From Eledone cirrhosa (lineage: Eukaryota): DNA of 64,000 bases. The notes below the pieces were generated by a model. That model made no database searches. It was not told the origin of the DNA and saw nothing but the letters and a program-made list of their open reading frames with translations. The position numbers and the translations under genes are program-made. Of the stretch, positions 1 to 12,067 are shown piece by piece. Where the stretch lies: NCBI GenBank assembly GCA_964016885.1, contig OZ024741.1:33914001-33978000 (forward strand), written 5' to 3'. Every line of letters starts with the position of its first letter. Positions within the stretch are counted from its first letter, which is position 1.

Positions 1-783
1 GTAAACTTAGAAAAAAAACTAAAGTGTTAATAAGTAGGAAAGAAGACAGGACCTTGATCCCATCAAGGAAGTGGCCCTGTTCGATATGTAGAAAAGGAAT
101 AGACAGAAACTCTGTACAATGTACACAATGCAAGTCTTGGGTACACAATATGTGTAATGGGATAGCAGGCAGGCTAACAGGAAACAAAAACTTTATATGT
201 AACAGATGCACAGGGGTAATCAATAGTAAGAGCGTCAGTGATATAAACCTTTTTCAATCACATGGAAGATCCCTAGAAGTGGTTGATAGCTTCTGCTACA
301 TAGGTGATCTGATTAGCAGTGGAGGAGTGTGCTTTGAGAGCATAGTAGCTAGAATAAGGATAGGATGGAAGAAGTTCAGAGAGCTACTCCCTCTGTTGAC
401 AATGAAAGGTTTCTCCCTATGAATGAAAGGACGGCTGTATGATGCCTGTGTGTGTAGTGCATGGTAATGAAACATGGACAGTGGCTGGAGAGAAATGAAG
501 CAAGATGCTTCAATGGATGTTCAATGTTAATATGAGAGAATGTCAGAGCTTGGATTAACTGAGAGAAAAACTGGGTTTAAGAGGAATCAGAAACATTGTG
601 CAAGAGATAAGACTGCATTGGTATGGACATGTGATGTACATAGATGATGATCGCTGGGTGAAGAAGTGCCAGGAAATCCCAGTGGAAGGAAGCTGCTGTA
701 GAGGAAAACCAAGGAAGACTTGGGTGGAGGTTGTGAGAGCTGATCTAAATTCATTGAAACTCACAGAGGAGATGACAAAAGAA
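1..783 (+). mobile_element. RTE-clade LINE 3' ORF fragment, decayed (PHD-like finger plus post-RT region)
   Basis: ORFs 24-422 and 598-783 give WPCSICRKG..CTQC..WVHNMC..FICNRC, FCYIGDLIS..ARIRIGWKKFRELLPLL and RLHWYGHVM..RGKPRKTW, with stops and frameshifts. Homologous to other copies in the window. Confidence 0.9.
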
Positions 784-1017
784 TGCTACTTTATTATTAG
801 AGCTGATATAATCAACTTTCCTCTTCCTTTAATAATAATAATTTCTGTCTATCTATCTACCTGTCTATCTATCTATTTAATAGTTGCCTGCTTGTCTCAC
901 TTCCTACCTACCTATATAGTCTGTGTCATCAAGGTTACCTATCAAAGACAAACCGATGTCACCATTGACTTTCTGACAATCTCAAGTGACAATCAATTCA
1001 TTCTTCAAATTATACAG

Positions 1018-1203
1018 CACTCACTGTAAATGAGGTTGGTGTTAGGAAGGGCATCCAGCTGTAGAAATCAAGCCAAATCAGTTCCTGTTTGAGCAAGGCA
1101 TGGTCAGCCGACCGGACACTGCCCACAACAGGACAACCCATCTAACCCATGCTAGTGTGGAAGAACGGACGTAAAACGGTGATGATGATGATGATGATGA
1201 TGA
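1018..1203 (+). mobile_element. SINE 3' part with RTE-type tail and (GAT)n
   Basis: GTTGGTGTTAGGAAGGGCATCCAGCTGTAGAAA module, then CCCATGCTAGTGTGGAAGAACGGACGTAAAA and (GAT)n; recurs many times in the window. Confidence 0.8.
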
Positions 1204-1495
1204 AGTATGGTATCAGGAATAAAATTTGTTCCTTTTTTTTGATAAATCAGTTATTTTGTTCACCACTACCACCATGACTATCATCATCATGATCATCACT
1301 GCTATCATTACCAACACTACCCTTACCAACCCTATCATCACAAACACTCACTACCACAACCACTACCATCACTACCATCATCACCAATACCAACAGTACT
1401 ATTATAATACATATCACTATCTCTACCTCCATTACTACTTACACAACTATTGAGTGAAAGTGGTACAAAGCTCATCATATATATATATTATATAT

Positions 1496-1745
1496 CATCA
1501 TCATCATTGTTGTTTTAATGTCCATTTACCCTGCTAACAAGGTTTGGATGGGTCTACATAGATCAAGTAAGTACTGAAGCAGGGCTACTGATCTCCCAGA
1601 TAGACCTATGCCTCACTTATGTATGGTCTCAAGTTCTACCAAGTGCACAGGAAAGGTCATCATGTCTTTGAAACAACTGGGGTCCTCCAAACCCTTTGTT
1701 TGGTAAGCTTTCTATGGCTGGATGCCCTTCCTATCATCAACCATA
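1496..1745 (-). mobile_element. SINE-like element (family D) fragment
   Basis: (CAT)n tail and sequence similar to 30765-31035, 53225-53335 and 60300-60710. Confidence 0.6.
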
Positions 1746-1883
1746 AAGGACATCTGCTTGTAAGATTCTGCCCTTATAGGTATAAAATTGTTGTTCAATC
1801 ACAGGTCAGCCATGAACAAATACCACAACGCATTCTATCTGCCATTTTAACGACTCTGACAATTCACCTTATATATATATATA

Positions 1884-2602
1884 TTTAACCAACCATTTAG
1901 CATTTACATTACTCTTTATATACTACTAGCCGAATTACCTGCGCTTTGGTTTCACACATCTTTTTTTTGTAAGAAAATGATGATTGATTTTAAATCAATG
2001 ATATAATTTATGGAGAAAAACTCTGCATTTCAATATTACTCAATGTAAAATGTAATGCATGAAAAATTGGAAAACATTATTTTTTGTAATATATAAAATC
2101 AAAATTACATTATTAAATATTATTCTTGTAAATAATTTTTTGAAAATATCAATTCAAAACTTTTGTGAATAGGCATCATATCTTGTCATTTACCTATGGT
2201 TTAAATTTCATATAAATCGAAGGGAAAACATTTTCAGATTGGGTTTGTGCCCCTGGGGATCCCTTTGATTAAAATGAAATATACTTATCCAAGTACCCTG
2301 GGCAATGTAGTTTCAGAATATATATGGTTATGGGGGTTTATCTCCAAAACCATACGAGGAGTTTGTGAACAAACAAACAAACAGACAGGAACTACAACTT
2401 TATATATAGAGATTGTATTTTCACAGTAAAGTCTTTACCTCATAATTACCTCACATAATATCGAATCTATGAGATTTTTGTATTATTTATTTTGAGAACA
2501 ATTGCTTAATGTCAGTATGAGCAGCCGGTTACCACTGGTTTGAACAGAAAGAGGTGAGAGAATTCTGGCCAGATACAGCTGGTTTAAATGCTAAAGGGTT
2601 AA
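1884..2602. mobile_element. piggyBac-like MITE (~230 bp) interrupted by a Helitron-like insertion
   Basis: Ends in AATGCTAAAGGG-TTAA; halves 1884-1925 and 2413-2602 join to match the uninterrupted copy at 20344-20572. Confidence 0.75.
1926..2412 (-). mobile_element. Non-autonomous Helitron-like element
   Basis: Minus strand starts TC(TCTATATATAAAG), has a (GTTT)n/GTCT tract near the 5' end and ends CTAG; inserted between A and T with no TSD relative to the empty site near 20380. Confidence 0.7.
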
Positions 2603-2829
2603 TAATTACTACATCCCCTCTCCCCATACACAAACCAGCCACCCTACCCTTTACTCATCCCTTACCCCTTACCTATCATGTCCCTCACCCTCACCATATT
2701 GATCACATCCATAACACCACTACATCCCCATACATTAATCAGCCACTCCTACTCTTTACTTTGCCAAATCCTCACAAACACCTATAACCATACCTATCTC
2801 CCTCACCAGAGATGAGGGCTCTACAGTTG

Positions 2830-3398
2830 GGTCTATGACCTCTCTAGCGACGGTGCCAGGAAAATGAACCCAGTACACCCTGTTAGGTGGTTGGTGACAG
2901 GAAGGGCACCCCACTGTAGAAATCATGCCTAAAAGGGTTGAGTGGATCCTTTAGTTGTGTCAAAGACACAACAACCTCTCTGGTGTAGGTGATCTACACA
3001 ATAAAAGCACCCAGTCCACACTGTAAAGTGGTTGGTGTTAGGAAGGGCATCCAGCTGTAAAAAGGTTGAGAGGACCCTTTAGTTGTGTAAAGGACATGAC
3101 ACCCTTCCTAATGTTGGTGATCTACACAATAAAAGCACCCAGTACACACTGTAAAATGGTCGGTGATAGGAAGGACATCCAGCTGTAGAAAGCTTGCCAA
3201 ACAAGGGGTTAGGAGGACCCTTCAGTTTGTATTAAAAGATACAACTTCTCTTCTGTACTTGATATGACCATACGCAAATGGGATACAAATCCCTAAGCCT
3301 GTCAGGGAGGTCATTAGCCCTGCTTCAGTACTGACTTGGTCTATGTAGACTCGTCCAACCCATGCTAGCAGGGAAAGTGGATGTTACATGATGATGAT
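2830..3398 (+). mobile_element. Composite SINE with ~3 tandem internal modules and RTE-type tail
   Basis: Module CCCAGTACAC.CTGT..A.TGGTTGGTG..AGGAAGGGCA repeated at ~2868, ~3010 and ~3139; tail CATGCTAGCAGGGAAAGTGGATGTT plus (GAT)n. Confidence 0.7.
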
Positions 3399-3499
3399 TA
3401 TATGCATGTGTGTATACACACACATGCATATAATATATATATGTATATATATATACATACACACATATATGTATTTAGACACAGACACATATAATATAA

Positions 3500-3848
3500 T
3501 CATCATCATCATTCATCATCATTTCTTTTTACGTCCACTTTTCCCTGCTTGCAAGGGTGGGACGGAAACTGATGCTGGCATGATTTCTACAGCTGGATGC
3601 CCTTCCTAACACCAACCTCATTTACAGTGAGTGCTGGGTGCTTTTTTGCCGTGGCACCTCCACGACCACTTTGCAGTGGAATGATAGGGATCCCAGTCCC
3701 TATCATCTCATTTCTACAGCTGAGTAAACTGGAGCAATGTGAAATAAAGTGTCTTGCTCAAGGAAACAACACATCACCCGGTCTGAGAATTGAACCCACA
3801 ACCTTTCGATTGCAAGGCCAATGCTCTAACCACTAAGCCATGTGCCTC
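3500..3848 (-). mobile_element. tRNA-derived SINE (family B), full length
   Basis: Minus strand head GGCACATGGCTTAGTGGTTAGAGC...GGTTCAATTC (Pol III A/B boxes); near-identical to 32405-32793 and 52652-52995; (GAT)n tail. Confidence 0.9.
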
Positions 3849-4129
3849 CGTTATATATAAATATAATTATGTGTATATATATATTTGTCAGTATTGCTGT
3901 TACTGCTATTATCTATATAAAGATCTCTGCTCTACCTCCACCACATCCCCCATAGATAAGCCAAATTTCTTTCAGTTTGCTTGCTTACCCATAAGGAGGA
4001 TAGGTAGGGGTTATTTTAAGGAGTTGGGATGCTTCTGGTGATGGTTGTGGTGGTGGTGATGTTGGTGGTGGTGGTGGTGAAATTTGTTTTTACTATGGGT
4101 TCAGGTATGAGGGTGAGAGTTATATAATT

Positions 4130-4242
4130 CCAAATATATATGAGTGTGTGTGTATGAGTGTATGTATGTATGTATGTATGTATATATATACATATATGTA
4201 CATATACACACATACATATATGTACACATATACACACATACA

Positions 4243-4304
<62 letters not shown>

Positions 4305-5230
4305 CAAAGGCATACATATATACATACATACATATATATATATGTGTGTGTATACATATATAGTATGTATGGATACACATACATAATATACACACACCCA
4401 ACAGACATACATACACATCTTATCACCCATCTTACAATCTGAACAAAAATCCATGAAATCAGCCACGACTACCACCACCACCACCATTACCACCACTACC
4501 ACCACTGCAACCACAACTACTGCTACTACTACAACTACTACCACCAAAACTATTATAGCTTCCACTGTAATTGTTACCACCACCACCACTTCTACAACTA
4601 TTACTTCAACTAAAACCACAACTACCACCACTACACTGCAACAACTACCACTTTTATAAGCCCGATTACCTTCACACTACCGCCCTAACATCATCACCAC
4701 ACTTACTACCACCACTACAACTATTACCACCACCACCACTACTACCACTACAACTAATGCCACCACCAGATTATAGTTGTGTTGGTGGTAGTGATGGTAG
4801 TGGTTTAGAGCTGGTGGTGTGTAGTTGTCTTTGTAATAATGTATTGGTGTGTGCGTGTGTGCATATGTTTTTACATATGTATGTAAGTAAAGGTACATTA
4901 ATATGTGTGTGTTTATGTGTTGATGTGTGTTTGTGTTGTGTGTGTATTGATATGTATGCAAATTTCATTTTCAGTATATACATGTGTGTGTATATGTTAG
5001 TGTAATGTGTGTCTATATATTTAGTGAGTGTATATGTTAGTGTAATGTATCTATAAATCTTAGTGTGTATGTGAGTGTTGTGTTTGTGTGTAATGTGTGT
5101 CTATATATATATCTTAGTGTGTGTGTATCTGTAACTCGTGTGTGTATCTGTAACTCATGTGTGATTGTGTATGTGTGTGTATCTGTAACTTGTTTGTGTG
5201 TGTGTATCTGTAACTTGTGTGTGTGTGTAT
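4130..5230. repeat. Compound microsatellites (TA)n, (TG)n, (CAC/TAC)n
   Basis: Directly visible; source of the YIYI and poly-T/poly-V spurious ORFs. Confidence 0.9.
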
Positions 5231-5491
5231 GGTGATGTGAGATATGGTGTTATGGAAGTTAAAATGCTGGTTTAAAAGATAAAAAGCTAATTGTTTACTT
5301 TCTTCATTTAGTAATTCCTTGTATTGCTGCTCTCCTTCCATGCCCACCTCTACCAAATCACCAACACCACCATTGCAGTACCACACCATTCCCATTATGA
5401 GAAACATCACCATTGCCACCACCACTACAACACACAATACAACAATGATGATGATGATGAACATATTACTGAGGACTTTAACAATCTTGAT

Positions 5492-8400
5492 CTGTGGGAT
5501 ACCACCATACCATCTACACCACAGCTGTGGGATACCACCATACCATCTACACCACAGCTGTGGGATACCACCATACCATCTACACCACAGCTGTGGGATA
5601 CCACCATACCATCTACACCACAGCTGTGGGATACCACCATACCATCTACACCACAGCTGTGGGATACCACCATACTATCTACACTACAGATGAGGGATAC
5701 CACCATACCATCTACACTACAGATGAGGGATACCACCATACCATCTACACTACAGATGAGGGATACCACCATACCATCTACACTACAGCTGTGGGATACC
5801 ACCATACCATCTACACTACAGATGAGGGATACCACCATACCATCTACACTACAGATGAGGGATACCACCATACTATCTACACTACAGCTGTGGGATACCA
5901 CCATACCATCTACACTACAGATGAGGGATACCACCATACCATCTACACTACAGATGAGGGATACCACCATACTATCTACACTACAGCTGTGGGATACCAC
6001 CATACCATCTACACTACAGATGAGGGATACCACCATACTATCTACACTACAGATGAGGGATACCACCATACCATCTACACTACAGATGAGGGATACCACC
6101 ATACCATCTACACTACAGATGAGGGATACCACCATACCATCTACACTACAGATGAGGGATACCACCATACTATCTACACTACAGCTGTGGGATACCACCA
6201 TACCATCTACACCACAGCTGTGGGATACCACCATACCATCTACACCACAGCTGTGGGATACCACCATACCATCTACACTACAGATGAGGGATACCACCAT
6301 ACTATCTACACTACAGATGAGGGATACCACCATACTATCTACACTACAGCTGTGGGATACCACCATACTATCTACACTACAGATGAGGGATACCACCATA
6401 CCATCTACACTACAGCTGTGGGATACCACCATACCATCTACACTACAGCTGTGGGATACCACCATACTATCTACACTACAGATGAGGGATACCACCATAC
6501 TATCTACACTACAGATGAGGGATACCACCATACTATCTACACTACAGATGAGGGATACCACCATACTATCTACACCACAGCTGTGGGATACCACCATACT
6601 ATCTACACCACAGCTGTGGGATACCACCATACCATCTACACTACAGATGAGGGATACCACCATACTATCTACACTACAGATGAGGGATACCACCATACTA
6701 TCTACACCACAGCTGTGGGATACCACCATACTATCTACACCACAGCTGTGGGATACCACCATACCATCTACACTACAGATGAGGGATACCACCATACCAT
6801 CTACACTACAGATGAGGGATACCACCATACTATCTACACTACAGATGAGGGATACCACCATACCATCTACACCACAGCTGTGGGATACCACCATACCATC
6901 TACACTACAGCTGTGGGATACCACCATACCATCTACACCACAGCTGTGGGATACCACCATACTATCTACACTACAGCTGTGGGATACCACCATACCATCT
7001 ACACCACAGCTGTGGGATACCACCATACCATCTACACTACAGATGAGGGATACCACCATACTATCTACACCACAGCTGTGGGATACCACCAAACCATCTA
7101 CACTACACCACAGCTGTGGGATAGCACCATACCATCTACACCACAGCTGTGGGATACCACCAAACCATCTACACCACAGCTGTGGGATACCACCAAACCA
7201 TCTACACTACAGCTGTGGGATACCACCATACCATCTACACCACAGCTGTGGGATACCACCATACCATCTACACCACAGCTGTGGGATACCACCATACCAT
7301 CTACACCACAGCTGTGGGATACCACCATACCATCTACACCACAGCTGTGGGATACCACCAAACCATCTACACCACAGCTGTGGGATACCACCATACTATC
7401 TACACTACAGATGAGGGATACCACCATACCATCTACACTACAGATGAGGGATACCACCATACCATCTACACCACAGCTGTGGGATACCACCATACCATCT
7501 ACACTACACCACAGCTGTGGGATACCACCAAACCATCTACACTACACCACAGCTGAGGGATACCACCATACCATCTACACCACAGCTGTGGAATACCACC
7601 ATACCATCTACACTACACCACAGCTGTGGAATACCACCATACCATCTACACCACAGCTGTGGGATACCACCATACCATCTACACTACACCACAGCTGTGG
7701 GATACCACCATACCATCTACACTACACCACAGCTGTGGGATACCACCAAACCATCTACCCTACACCACAGCTGAGGGATACCACCATACCATCTACCCTA
7801 CACCACAGCTGTGGGATACCACCATACCATCTACACCACAGCTGTGGGATACCACCATACTATCTACACCACAGCTGTGGGATACCACCATACCATCTAC
7901 ACCACAGCTGTGGGATACCACCATACCATCTACACTACAGATGAGGGATACCACCATACCATCTACACTACAGATGAGGGATACCACCATACTATCTACA
8001 CTACAGATGAGGGATACCACCATACTATCTACACCACAGCTGTGGAATACCACCATACCATCTACACTACAGATGAGGGATACCACCATACCATCTACAC
8101 TACACCACAGCTGTGGGATACCACCATACCATCTACACCACAGCTGTGGAATACCACCATACCATCTACACTACACCACAGCTGTGGGATACCACCATAC
8201 CATCTACACCACAGCTGTGGGATACCACCATACCATCTACACTACACCACAGCTGTGGGATACCACCATACCATCTACACTACACCACAGCTGTGGGATA
8301 CCACCAAACCATCTACCCTACACCACAGCTGAGGGATACCACCATACCATCTACCCTACACCACAGCTGTGGGATACCACCATACCATCTACACCACAGC

Positions 8401-9070
8401 TGTGGGATACCACCATACCATCTACACCACAGCTGTGGGATACCACCATACCATCTACACCACAGCTGTGGAATACCACCAAACCATCTACACCACAGCT
8501 GTGGGATACCACCATACCATCTACACCACAGCTGTGGGATACCACCATACCATCTACACCACAGCTGTGGGATACCACCATAGCATCTACACTACACCAC
8601 AGCTGTGGGATACCACCATACCATCTACCCTACACCACAGCTGTGGGATACCACCATACCATCTACACCACAGCTGAGGGATACCACCATACCATCTACA
8701 CTACAGATGAGGGATACCACCATACCATCTACACCACAGCTGTGGGATACCACCATACCATCTACACCACAGCTGTGGAATACCACCAAACCATCTACAC
8801 CACAGCTGTGGGATACCACCATACCATCTACACCACAGCTGTGGGATACCACCATAGCATCTACACTACACCACAGCTGTGGGATACCACCATACCATCT
8901 ACCCTACACCACAGCTGTGGGATACCACCATACCATCTACACCACAGCTGAGGGATACCACCATACCATCTACACTACACCACAGCTGAGGGATACCACC
9001 ATACCATCTACACTACACCACAGCTGTGGGATACCACCATACCATCTACCCTACAACTGAGGGATACCAC
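5492..9070. repeat. 33-bp minisatellite (~100 units; 38-bp variant in the distal half)
   Basis: Unit GATACCACCATACCATCTACACCACAGCTGTGG, with variants TACAGATGAGG and a 5-bp CTACA duplication first seen near 7100. Confidence 0.97.
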
Positions 9071-9759
9071 TAGCTGGTCAGTATATGTCAGTCAGTAGCT
9101 GGTCAGTATTACTCTATCATGTGTTCTGACAGTTCGAGGCCATGCTGGGGCACCACCATTATCTGTTTATCTCACCTCTAAAGTATATGACAGAGCACCA
9201 GAAAATTATATAATACACCATATGACTTACAACACCTCTATATCATTGTTATATTCATTGTTTCCATGTTTGCATGGGTTAGGACGTGACCTTTCAGGCA
9301 GGTTTTCTACAGCTGGGTACCAACCCATATCTTATTCTAAGTATGGTATGAGATGTCATTGACATTCCAGCTATCAGACTGTTATGCTTCAAGATATGCT
9401 GCTTATGCTGGACATAAAACAAATGTCACTGCTCTTTTCTGTTGTCTTTTTGTTTTGTTTTTATAAACAGCCTATATGATGTTACACACACATACACACA
9501 CACATATACACATGCAGATACACACACACACACATACACTTCACTTGGTGGTAGAGACAGAAGGAGAATGTTAATTTTTTTTTTTTTTTTTTTATTACAT
9601 TAGACTTTTTTTTATTGTTGATAATATTTTATTTGAAAATACTCAAATATATTTCTAGGATAAAATTACATAAAAATAATTGTTTCTACTTTAGGCACAA
9701 GGCCAGCAATTATCCAGTGCATTACTGGTACTTTATTTTATCGATAAAAATAATAAAGA

Positions 9760-9890
9760 ATTTCTGTCTCTGTCCATGAAAATCCCTCACAAGACATTTG
9801 TCAATAAAGAACTATAGTAGAAGACACTTCCTCAAAGTTTCATGCTGTATTATGATTCTAAAGTGAACTTCTTAACCACACAGCCATACT
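9760..9890 (-). mobile_element. Degraded tRNA-derived SINE (family E) head
   Basis: CTATAGTAGAAGACACTT...CTTCTTAACCACACAGCCAT, the reverse complement of the head seen at 33272-33420. A family A fragment lies upstream at 9677-9747. Confidence 0.6.
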
Positions 9891-10122
9891 TGTATATATA
9901 TATATATATATATATAGATAATTTAATATATCAACTAACATAAGCGCACAGATGCACGCCCATGCCAGCAAATACACAGGTTATGTCATAGTACCTAGGT
10001 GGTTCAATGCAGGAGAATGCAGAACAATAATATAAAGGACGTAAAATAAAAAAATATTTTTTAAAAAAAAAAAAAAAATTTAAAAAAAATTTAAAAAAAA
10101 TGTTTTTCTTACTTAAATTTTC

Positions 10123-10204
10123 ACTCCAACTAATTAGTTTCTGCAATGGGATAAAGACAGTTACGTAATTCAACTGTCGAGAATTCATTGCGTCATCAGG
10201 AAGT
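10123..10204 (-). ncRNA. Type I hammerhead ribozyme (monomer 1)
   Basis: Minus strand: ACUUC-CUGAUGA-c-GCAAUG...CAUUGC-a-GAAAC-UAAUUA-GUU^GGAGU; stems I-III pair and the core is conserved. Confidence 0.8.
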
Positions 10205-10693
10205 CTATTCTCAGTTAAGTCTCCAGGCAATGCGCGGACACTGGCGGCTCATATAAAAATAATAATAATTCGGTAGATCGAACAGCTTGCGAGGACTGAA
10301 TTCTATGTACCGAAATTCTCACTGCTTCAAGTCAAATGGCCGATTCTAAAGAATCAATCACGTGACACAGAGGCTAGTTAGAAGGAATGGGATGGTAAGA
10401 TGACTGACGCCTACTAACACCCCAAAAAAAAATTTTTTTAGAAGTGGTTTTGGCAAGTTTGCTCGACAAATCAGTGATTTGGAGATAAATATAGATAATT
10501 TAATATATCAACTAACATAAGCGCACAGATGCACGCCCATGCCAGCAAATACACAGGTTATGTCATAGTACCTAGGTGGTTCAATGCAGGAGAATGCAGA
10601 ACAATAATATAAAGGACGTAAAATAAAAAAATATTTTTTTAAAAAAAAATTTAAAAAAAATTTAAAAAAAATTTTTTTCTTACTTAAATTTTC

Positions 10694-10775
10694 ACTCCAA
10701 CTAATTAGTTTCTGCAATGGGATAAAGACAGTTACGTAATTCAACTGTCGAGAATTCATTGCGTCATCAGGAAGT
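10694..10775 (-). ncRNA. Type I hammerhead ribozyme (monomer 2)
   Basis: Same sequence as 10123-10204, 571 bp away. Confidence 0.8.
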
Positions 10776-11734
10776 CTATTCTCAGTTAAGTCTCCAGGCA
10801 ATGCGCGGACACTGGCGGCTCATATAAAAATAATAATAATTCGGTAGATCGAACAGCTTGCGAGGACTGAATTCTATGTACCGAAATTCTCACTGCTTCA
10901 AGTCAAATGGCCGATTCTAAAGAATCAATCACGTGACACAGAGGCTAGTTAGAAGGAATGGGATGGTAAGATGACTGACGCCTACTAACACCCCAAAAAA
11001 AAAAAAATTTTTTTAGAAGTGGTTTTGGCAAGTTTGCTCGACAAATCAGTGATTTGGAGATAAATATAGATAATTTAATATATCAACTAACATAAGCGCA
11101 CAGATGCACGCCCATGCCAGCAAATACACAGGTTATGTCATAGTACCTAGGTGGTTCAATGCAGGAGAATGCAGAACAATAATATAAAGGACGTAAAATA
11201 AAAAAATATTTTTTTAAAAAAAAAAATTTAAAAAAAAAATTTAAAAAAAATTTAAAAATTTAAAAATTTAAAAATTTAAAAATTTAAAAATTTAAAAAAA
11301 AAATATTTTTTTATTTTACGTCCTTTATATTATTGTTCTGCATTCTCCTGCATTGAACCACCTAGGTACTATGACATAACCTGTGTATTTGCTGGCATGG
11401 GCGTGCATCTGTGCGCTTATGTTAGTTGATATATTAAATTATCTATATTTATCTCCAAATCACTGATTTGTCGAGCAAACTTGCCAAAACCACTTCTAAA
11501 AAAATTTTTTTTTTTGGGGTGTTAGTAGGCGTCAGTCATCTTACCATCCCATTCCTTCTAACTAGCCTCTGTGTCACGTGATTGATTCTTTAGAATCGGC
11601 CATTTGACTTGAAGCAGTGAGAATTTCGGTACATAGAATTCAGTCCTCGCAAGCTGTTCGATCTACCGAATTATTATTATTTTTATATGAGCCGCCAGTG
11701 TCCGCGCATTGCCTGGAGACTTAACTGAGAATAG

Positions 11735-11816
11735 ACTTCCTGATGACGCAATGAATTCTCGACAGTTGAATTACGTAACTGTCTTTATCCCATTGCAGAA
11801 ACTAATTAGTTGGAGT
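11735..11816 (+). ncRNA. Type I hammerhead ribozyme (inverted arm)
   Basis: Stem I ACTTC(11735-39)/GGAGT(11812-16); CTGATGA 11740-46; stem II GCAATG/CATTGC with inner GACAGTT/AACTGTC; GAAA 11798-801; palindromic stem III AACTAATTAGTT; predicted cleavage after GTT at 11811. Confidence 0.8.
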
Positions 11817-11896
11817 GAAAATTTAAGTAAGAAAAAAATTTTTTTTAAATTTTTTTTAAATTTTTTTTTTAAAAAAATATTTTTTTATTTTACGTC

Positions 11897-11947
<51 letters not shown>

Positions 11948-12035
11948 GGAAAAATTTGAACAGGAACAAAACAGAGAGGCAGTACAACGAATGTTTATTA
12001 ATTTCACGCTCTGGAGAATGGGATGTTGGTGGGGA

Positions 12036-12067
12036 ACGACGTTTCGGGCATAAGCCCTTCCTCGGGT
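12036..12067 (-). ncRNA. Minimal Penelope-type hammerhead ribozyme (CCGAGGA core variant)
   Basis: Minus strand AC-CCGAGGA-A-GGGC-UUAU-GCCC-GAAAC-GUC^GU; matches the minimal PLE HHR layout (GAAACGUC with essentially no stem III loop). Confidence 0.7.

Larger units (their letters stand above)
9913..11900. mobile_element. Hammerhead-containing tandem plus inverted non-coding element (retrozyme / Penelope pLTR-like), ~571-bp monomer
   Basis: Two full monomers (from ~9913 and ~10490) plus a partial third (~11066-11250), an AT-only spacer, then an inverted copy (~11298-11900) of ~10610-11215. (TA)n on both sides; one HHR per full monomer. Confidence 0.85.

Noticed and set aside
5492-9070. CRISPR array, or large repetitive proteins from ORFs 5324-7414, 5425-7092 and 5494-7944
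   Set aside because: Contiguous tandem units with no unique spacers and no cas genes, in a eukaryotic context; the ORFs are open in several frames on both strands and frameshift distally.
9931-12053. Three ~100-aa ORFs MPGDLTENRLPDDAM.. as a gene family
   Set aside because: They start at TTG, run through variable-length homopolymers and overlap the ribozyme; they are by-products of the repeat.
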